A program made the position numbers and the translations under genes. Of a stretch of 64,000 nucleotides of DNA, positions 58,615-64,000 are shown piece after piece (position 1 is the first letter of the stretch; the number at the start of each line of letters is the position of its first letter). The DNA is taken from NCBI GenBank assembly GCA_963793265.1, contig CAWBZI010000004.1, positions 64,001 to 128,000 of the forward strand, in the 5' to 3' direction. Under the pieces are notes generated by a model. It had not been told where the DNA came from and did no database searches. It saw only the letters and a list, made by a program, of their open reading frames with translations. This stretch comes from an uncultured cyanobacterium. GTDB taxonomy: Bacteria; Cyanobacteriota; Cyanobacteriia; Phormidesmidales; Phormidesmidaceae.

Positions 58615-59826
58615 TTGATGAGTTCTGCCGCTAGTCGCCCCCCTAAGTCTATAGGCCAATCAACGAGCCCATCGTTCGGCTCCTCGCTTGACCGCTCTTC
58701 ACAGCTGACTTCAGCCAAGTTAGCTGCCCCTGCATCTCAGCCAGCTAGCCCCTCCAGTGCAATGCCTGATTCAAATTCAAACCCCGCTCAGCAGGACAGC
58801 CCCCAAAATTCTCAGCAAGCAACGAGCGCTGGGTTGCGTAAGCCACCGAGTCGCCCGCAGCTAATGGGGCCTCCGTCTCGGCCTAAGCCGCCCGCGCCTG
58901 CCCCGGAGCCTACCCCAGTAGTCAGTGCCCCACCTGAGCCAGAAGTGCCTCAAAAGATCGGGCCTATTTCGGCACCCAGCGAGCGGATGCAGTATCGGGC
59001 GATTGGCCTACTCAAGGGGAAGTATGTCGCTTCAGAAGAGCAGTTTAACCGGGGTAATATTGCTATTGAAGATGGCACGCTGGTAGACGCGGTGCTTCTA
59101 GGCCGGGTGACGAGCCTGATTAAAAAGCATATTGATTTGGAGACGGAGCACCTGTGGGTGGTGTATCCGCGTACGCTATATGACGATGAGAACGTGCCAG
59201 CGCTGCACGTGCAGATTGTCGGCGTGTGGGAGCCTGAGACGCTGAATGCTCGGCATCAGGACGATGATGATAAGTCTGAGGTTAAAGACGATAAGTACCT
59301 GTCTACGACTGAGGCGACTGAGCAGTGCGATACGTTTTCGGTGCGCGGTGAAGTGGCGAAGTACGTGGAAGACAAGAACGAAATTGTCATCAATATTGTG
59401 CAAAAGAGCCGGTCTGAGACGGTTAAGCCTAAGCGTCCCTTTAAGCTATTGATTAGCGGTCAGCTCAATGGTCGAACGACGGGCTATTTTTGGGATTTGC
59501 AGGTGAAGCGTAAAGGCGGTCAGCTGATGCTGGTTGAGGCGACTCAGATTGCAGTGGTGCCCCCGAAGAAGAAGTCAGCTAAAGGCGGTCGTAAAGATGG
59601 CTCTAAGCGTCGTCCACCTGTAGGTAAGCCTCGTTCAGGTGCGCCTATCCCTAAGCCTGTGCCTAAGCCTAAGGTCGCAGCGGAGAAGGCGACTGCTGAA
59701 GTGGGATCTGAAGTGAAGGTTGATGAGGGTGCGATCGCTCAAACGCCTGCAACCGAAACCGCTCCAATTTCTGAGATAACTGTCTCTCCAACTTCTGAGA
59801 CGAATATCTCTTCAGAGTCGGCGTAG
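58615..59826 (+). CDS. Conserved cyanobacterial hypothetical protein with Pro/Ser-rich ends
   Basis: Core 'QYRAIGL..G.Y', 'WVVYPRT', 'QIVGVWEP', 'FSVRGEV', 'FWDL'. Confidence 0.8.
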   Translation: MMSSAASRPPKSIGQSTSPSFGSSLDRSSQLTSAKLAAPASQPASPSSAMPDSNSNPAQQDSPQNSQQATSAGLRKPPSRPQLMGPPSRPKPPAPAPEPTPVVSAPPEPEVPQKIGPISAPSERMQYRAIGLLKGKYVASEEQFNRGNIAIEDGTLVDAVLLGRVTSLIKKHIDLETEHLWVVYPRTLYDDENVPALHVQIVGVWEPETLNARHQDDDDKSEVKDDKYLSTTEATEQCDTFSVRGEVAKYVEDKNEIVINIVQKSRSETVKPKRPFKLLISGQLNGRTTGYFWDLQVKRKGGQLMLVEATQIAVVPPKKKSAKGGRKDGSKRRPPVGKPRSGAPIPKPVPKPKVAAEKATAEVGSEVKVDEGAIAQTPATETAPISEITVSPTSETNISSESA

Positions 59827-59844
59827 CTTGTAGCGAATATTACG

Positions 59845-61038
59845 CTAACGAATATCAAACTGTGGCCCCCAACTGTCTTGAGGCATGAATCGCGTGTCTT
59901 TAGGTAGGGCGGCAACGGCTTCAGTTAGCTCAAATTCGCCGTCATCAATTCGCTGCTTGAGGTCTAGCGCCACCTGCTGAGAGAGGTAGGTGCTAGAAAG
60001 TGGCGCGGTGCGGACGGTTTTGCCGTCGAGGGTGAGGGTGCCTGATTTTAGCTGGGCGTAGCTGACGAGGCCAAAGGTGGGGCGGACGCGGCGAGGGATG
60101 GAGAAGTCGATGACGGGGGCGACAAGATCCTGGTCGCTGATGGCGCAGCGGGTGAGCACGTCTTGGTTGAGGATGGGGATGGGGACGCCGATGCCGAGCA
60201 TGACGGAGGGGCCGTAGCCTTTGAAGTAGCAGCCGCGTACCCAATGGGCGTCCATGCGTTTGGCGTCACCAATGACGGCGAGGGTGGCGGCGGGGCCAAC
60301 GGGGGCACGGTTGGGGAGGCGGCGCTGAAGGGGGAAGTGCTGGGTGCCTTCCCAGGTGATGTAGCCTTCGCCGCCGCCGAGTAGAATGCGGGTGCCGATG
60401 CCGATGGTGTTGAGATCGGGGTCGTTGAGGAGCGGGGAGAGGGCTCCGCTGTTGGCGTAGACGGCGTTGCCGAGGCGAGGTTGTAAGGGGCCAAGGTAGG
60501 TAGATAGGGGGCGATCGCCTCCATTCACACCGACGATGAAGTTCTGATACAGGTTGCGTGGGTTGAAAAGGTAGAACTGATTGATGCGATCGCGCGTAAT
60601 CGTCGTATCCAGGCTGCTGCGCGGGTAGCAATCAGTCACCTGTCCAGTAGCCGTGAGCGTAACAGGCTTATCGGCAATCAAGTCAGCAATCACATGACCG
60701 CCGCCTCGTTCTTCGGTGTCGCTATCACGATTGCTATCAGGCGCGCGCGTCGCCATTTGCCCTGCGCCAATGTACAAATCCACTGCGCCAAAGCCTGCGT
60801 AGGCTAACACGCCATCTAAATGACACTCCACAATTTTGATGGGCGGATCGGTGTGGCCCAAATTGATGATGGCCCCAGAGCCTTCCATGGGCTCGAAGGT
60901 GCCGGTGGTGATCACATCGACGGTTTTGGCGGCTTGAGTAATGCCTAGCTCAGCAATTTGAGCTTTTGCTTCGGTGATTGTCCAAACGGTGACTTTGCCC
61001 TGGCGGATTTTGTCGTTAATGTCAGCGACGGTACGCAT
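59845..61038 (-). CDS. Homocysteine biosynthesis protein (DUF39, aspartate-semialdehyde sulfurtransferase-like)
   Basis: 'MRT...IN.KI', 'VDVITTGTF.PM', 'GGGHVI', 'NPRN.YQN', 'LSPL.NDP', 'GIG.PIP'. Confidence 0.85.
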   Translation of the reverse strand: MRTVADINDKIRQGKVTVWTITEAKAQIAELGITQAAKTVDVITTGTFEPMEGSGAIINLGHTDPPIKIVECHLDGVLAYAGFGAVDLYIGAGQMATRAPDSNRDSDTEERGGGHVIADLIADKPVTLTATGQVTDCYPRSSLDTTITRDRINQFYLFNPRNLYQNFIVGVNGGDRPLSTYLGPLQPRLGNAVYANSGALSPLLNDPDLNTIGIGTRILLGGGEGYITWEGTQHFPLQRRLPNRAPVGPAATLAVIGDAKRMDAHWVRGCYFKGYGPSVMLGIGVPIPILNQDVLTRCAISDQDLVAPVIDFSIPRRVRPTFGLVSYAQLKSGTLTLDGKTVRTAPLSSTYLSQQVALDLKQRIDDGEFELTEAVAALPKDTRFMPQDSWGPQFDIR

Positions 61039-61045
61039 ACGCTAG

Positions 61046-61243
61046 CTACCTGGAACGGTTAAGAGCAAGAAGCCCTATGCCTAAGAGTATGCTGGGCAGC
61101 ACGACAATAGCAGTCACGAGGCCGTTAAGACTTGATGTGAAGGGGGCTTGAAACGGCAATAGCTGTCCGCCATATTTGATGAGAAGACTTAATGCTGCTG
61201 ACGCGACGGTGACTTTGATGATGAAGCTTATGGTGTCATTCAT
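61046..61243 (-). CDS. Small two-TM hypothetical protein
   Basis: 'F..KV...S..LS..IKYG' pattern; tightly packed in the serA-prmA run. Confidence 0.7.
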   Translation of the reverse strand: MNDTISFIIKVTVASAALSLLIKYGGQLLPFQAPFTSSLNGLVTAIVVLPSILLGIGLLALNRSR

Positions 61244-61244
61244 A

Positions 61245-62168
61245 CTATGGCATGAGGCGAATCGTTAAAGAGCACCATTCGTCTTTGTGAGCGGTATCGG
61301 TGACTTCCCAACCATAGGCGATGAGGTGTTCTTCTACCCAAGCGGCTTTGCTGGTGAGAATGCCGCTGAGGATGCCCCAGGTGGTCGGCCCGGCGAGTTC
61401 GCTCAGGCGCGGAATGATTAGACCTACGATAATTTCGGAGAGGATGTTGCAGAGGATGCCATTGACCGGGCGATCGCCCGCCTGCTCGGCCATCGTAATC
61501 ACTTCGGGCAGGCTACCCACCTGCACCTGTAACTGCTCAGAAGTAATACCGTTGGCGCTGGCGTTGGCCTGAGTAGAACTGAAGGCGAGCGGATCGACAT
61601 CAGCGGCGTAGGCACAGCGCGCACCGTAAAGGAGGGCGACGATGGAGAGAATGCCGGAGCCGCAGCCAATATCTGCGATAGTGGCGTCGGTAAGAGGCTG
61701 CTTTTCTAAGGCTTCCAGGCAAAGCTGGGTGGTGGCGTGAGCGCCTGTACCAAAGGCGCTGCCGGGATCGAGGGTGAGGATGGTGCGGTCGGTGGCTGGT
61801 GGGCTCATCCAGGCGGGGTTTATGAGGAGGCGATCGCCTATCTCTTCCGCCTGCCAGTGTGACTTCCAGCTTTGCGCCCAGTCTTCTTCTTCAATTAGCC
61901 GCCAGCTCACATCAACAGATGGGGTGGTCGTCATGTTTCCAGGCAAATTGCCTACTTGAGTAGCGGCGCTTTCTAGCAGATTTCGGCGCAGACCCTCGAA
62001 GTCTTCGGCTTGGAACTGAACCTGGGGGAAGTAGGCCGTAACGATGCGGCTAGCGTCTTTGGTTTGGCTGGCCGTGCCTTTGCCGCCAAACTCATCAAAG
62101 GCCCAATAAACGCTATCTTCTAGGGCGATCGGGCAAATGACGGTAACTTCCCACCACTGATTGTTCAT
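61245..62168 (-). CDS. prmA: 50S ribosomal protein L11 methyltransferase
   Basis: 'EEDW...WK', 'LDPG.AFGTG.H.TT', 'DIGCGSGIL', 'NIL', 'LSGIL'. Confidence 0.95.
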   Translation of the reverse strand: MNNQWWEVTVICPIALEDSVYWAFDEFGGKGTASQTKDASRIVTAYFPQVQFQAEDFEGLRRNLLESAATQVGNLPGNMTTTPSVDVSWRLIEEEDWAQSWKSHWQAEEIGDRLLINPAWMSPPATDRTILTLDPGSAFGTGAHATTQLCLEALEKQPLTDATIADIGCGSGILSIVALLYGARCAYAADVDPLAFSSTQANASANGITSEQLQVQVGSLPEVITMAEQAGDRPVNGILCNILSEIIVGLIIPRLSELAGPTTWGILSGILTSKAAWVEEHLIAYGWEVTDTAHKDEWCSLTIRLMP

Positions 62169-62170
62169 GT

Positions 62171-63751
62171 CTACAGCGCCACCGTATAAGCGTCGCGGAT
62201 GCCGGGCTCTTTTTTGATTTCGTTCAAAATCCCTTCGGGCAGCGGGTCGTCAATGCTGAGCACCATAACGGCGTCGCCGCGAACGATTTTACGACCGACC
62301 TGCATACTGGCGATGTTGACATTGAAGCTGCCTAAGAGCGAACCAATTTTGCCGATCAGACCCGGCATGTCGCGGTGCAGCGTGAAGAGCATGTATTGTG
62401 TGGGCGGCACGTTGATGGGGAAGTTGTCCATATCAATGATGCGAACTTCGGTGCCACCGAGCAAAACGCCCGTTACCGAGTGCTCACCTAGCGATCCTTT
62501 TGCCGATAAATACAGCGAGCCAGTGTAGTCTTCAGCGGTGGTGTCGCGGGTTTCAATGACTCGGATGCCGCGCTCTTTGGCTTCAATGGAAGCGTTTACG
62601 TAGTTCACGCGCTCTTGCAAGGCGTTTGAGAGCATTCCTTTAAGGGCTGCAACGACGATGGGCTTGGTGTCGTTTTGGGCGAGTTCGCCCTGTAGTTTTA
62701 TATTCAACTCTTCGATGCGTCCGCCTGCTAGCTGCCCGACAAAGTTACCGAGAGTTTCAGCTAGGTTGAGATAGGGGCGTAGCTTTTCGAGCACGTCCGG
62801 GCGCAGGCCAGGAATGTTCACGGCGGAGCGAGCGGGCAACCCTAGCAGCACATCGCGGATTTGCTCGGCAACGTCTACAGCAACGTTAACCTGCGCTTCG
62901 GCGGTAGATGCACCGAGGTGAGGTGTGAGTACCAGGGACTTATCGACTGAGCGTAAGGGTGATTCGCCCAGTGGCTCTGTGTCGTAAACGTCTAGGGCTG
63001 CGCCTGCAATCACACCGTCTTTGAGGGCTTGGGCAAGGGCAGCTTCGTCGATAATGCCACCACGCGCACAGTTAATGATGCGGGCGGTGGGCTTCATTTT
63101 TGCCAGGGAGTCGGCATTGATCAGGTTGGCGGTGTCTTTGGTTTTAGGAATGTGGAGGGTGATGTAGTCAGACTCGCTGAGGAGGAAGTCCATTTCGACT
63201 AGGCGGCACCCGAGTTCTTCGGCGCGGTCGGCTGAGATGAATGGGTCAAAGGCGAGCAAATTCATGCCCATAGCCCGCGCAACGGTGGCGACGTGAGAGC
63301 CGATTTTACCGAGGCCCACGACGCCGAGGGTCTTTTTATAGACTTCTACGCCGGTAAAGGCTTTGCGATCCCAGCCGCCTTCTTTCATCGACTTGTTAGC
63401 CGCCGGAATGTAGCGCGACATGGAGAGCATCATCGCCAGGGCATGTTCGGCGGCGGCGATGGTGTTGCCTTCGGGTGAGTTGACGACCACAATGCCTTTG
63501 CGCGTGGCCCAGGGTACGTCTACGTTGTCTACCCCGACGCCTGCGCGACCAATGATTTTGAGATTAGTACCGGCTTCGAGTACTTCTTTGGTGACTTTGG
63601 TGCCAGAGCGAATCATCAGCGCGTCGTATTCAGGAATGATGGCGATGAGTTCTTCAAGGGGCAGCTTGGTTTTGACATCTACGCTGGCGACTTGAGAGAG
63701 GATGTCTATCCCAGTCTGGTCGATGGGGTCTGAGACGAGTACCTTGGGCAT
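62171..63751 (-). CDS. serA: D-3-phosphoglycerate dehydrogenase (with ASB and ACT domains)
   Basis: 'GRAGVGVDN', 'GLGKIG', 'INCARGG', 'TPHLGAST.EAQ', ACT 'D.PG.IG'. Confidence 0.97.
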   Translation of the reverse strand: MPKVLVSDPIDQTGIDILSQVASVDVKTKLPLEELIAIIPEYDALMIRSGTKVTKEVLEAGTNLKIIGRAGVGVDNVDVPWATRKGIVVVNSPEGNTIAAAEHALAMMLSMSRYIPAANKSMKEGGWDRKAFTGVEVYKKTLGVVGLGKIGSHVATVARAMGMNLLAFDPFISADRAEELGCRLVEMDFLLSESDYITLHIPKTKDTANLINADSLAKMKPTARIINCARGGIIDEAALAQALKDGVIAGAALDVYDTEPLGESPLRSVDKSLVLTPHLGASTAEAQVNVAVDVAEQIRDVLLGLPARSAVNIPGLRPDVLEKLRPYLNLAETLGNFVGQLAGGRIEELNIKLQGELAQNDTKPIVVAALKGMLSNALQERVNYVNASIEAKERGIRVIETRDTTAEDYTGSLYLSAKGSLGEHSVTGVLLGGTEVRIIDMDNFPINVPPTQYMLFTLHRDMPGLIGKIGSLLGSFNVNIASMQVGRKIVRGDAVMVLSIDDPLPEGILNEIKKEPGIRDAYTVAL

Positions 63752-63846
63752 GGGTAAGACGAGGGATTTGGGAGAAATTACATAGAGGGTTATCTTACTG
63801 CAAAGCGGGAAGGGGGCGTTTAAGTTGGCGCGTGGCTTAGCGCTGT

Positions 63847-63999
63847 CTAAAGGGTTTCTAACGCGTTAAAAGCATCGATTATGACCACGTTTGACATAAG
63901 AAAACCTTCGGGATCGCTAAGCCTGATGCGGCTGGTGGGTTTAAGTTTCGTTATATTTGGACCGGGTTCGATGATGACCCACTGGTTTTGAACGTGAGG
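63847..63999 (-). CDS. Possible C-terminal end of a gene running off the window
   Basis: Open frame PHVQNQWVIIEPGPN...IIDAFNALETL* ending at 63847; product not recognised. Confidence 0.4.
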   Translation of the reverse strand, partial: PHVQNQWVIIEPGPNITKLKPTSRIRLSDPEGFLMSNVVIIDAFNALETL

Positions 64000-64000
64000 G

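Noticed and set aside
2371..63695. Numerous antisense or alternate-frame ORFs inside ribBA, panC-cmk, purM, proA, the ATPase, DUF39 and serA
   Set aside because: Shadow frames of well-supported genes; no motifs or RBS

Overview
Cyanobacterial chromosomal window (abundant HIP1 octamer GCGATCGC, psaM, crtD, panC-cmk fusion, cyanobacterial-type ribBA). It is mostly housekeeping genes: phoU, psaM, ribBA, ctp protease, panC/cmk, rlpA, purM, crtD, proA-folB, a nat/bgt-type amino-acid ABC transporter, mazG, PP2C, rluE, prmA, serA. Four accessory modules stand out. (1) A four-gene, 7.4 kb biosynthetic operon (FAAL-ACP, cytochrome P450, SyrP/TauD-like dioxygenase, AT-less KS-carrier-TE) whose KS has Asn in place of the second catalytic His and which encodes no AT or extender-loading A domain. 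This is the best candidate for an undescribed system. (2) A SinI-family type II R-M pair whose HTH-fused C5 methyltransferase is split by a 1-nt frameshift. (3) A tnpB-only IS200/IS605 element whose ends, predicted TAM (TTTAT), guide and empty site can be reconstructed from the sequence. (4) An Rpn nuclease with an in-frame internal RBS/ATG. REP-like and other short dispersed repeats are also present. Apparent single-base indels (MTase, folB, possibly the FAAL 5' end) suggest assembly errors. All product calls come from motif recognition by eye, not from database searches.
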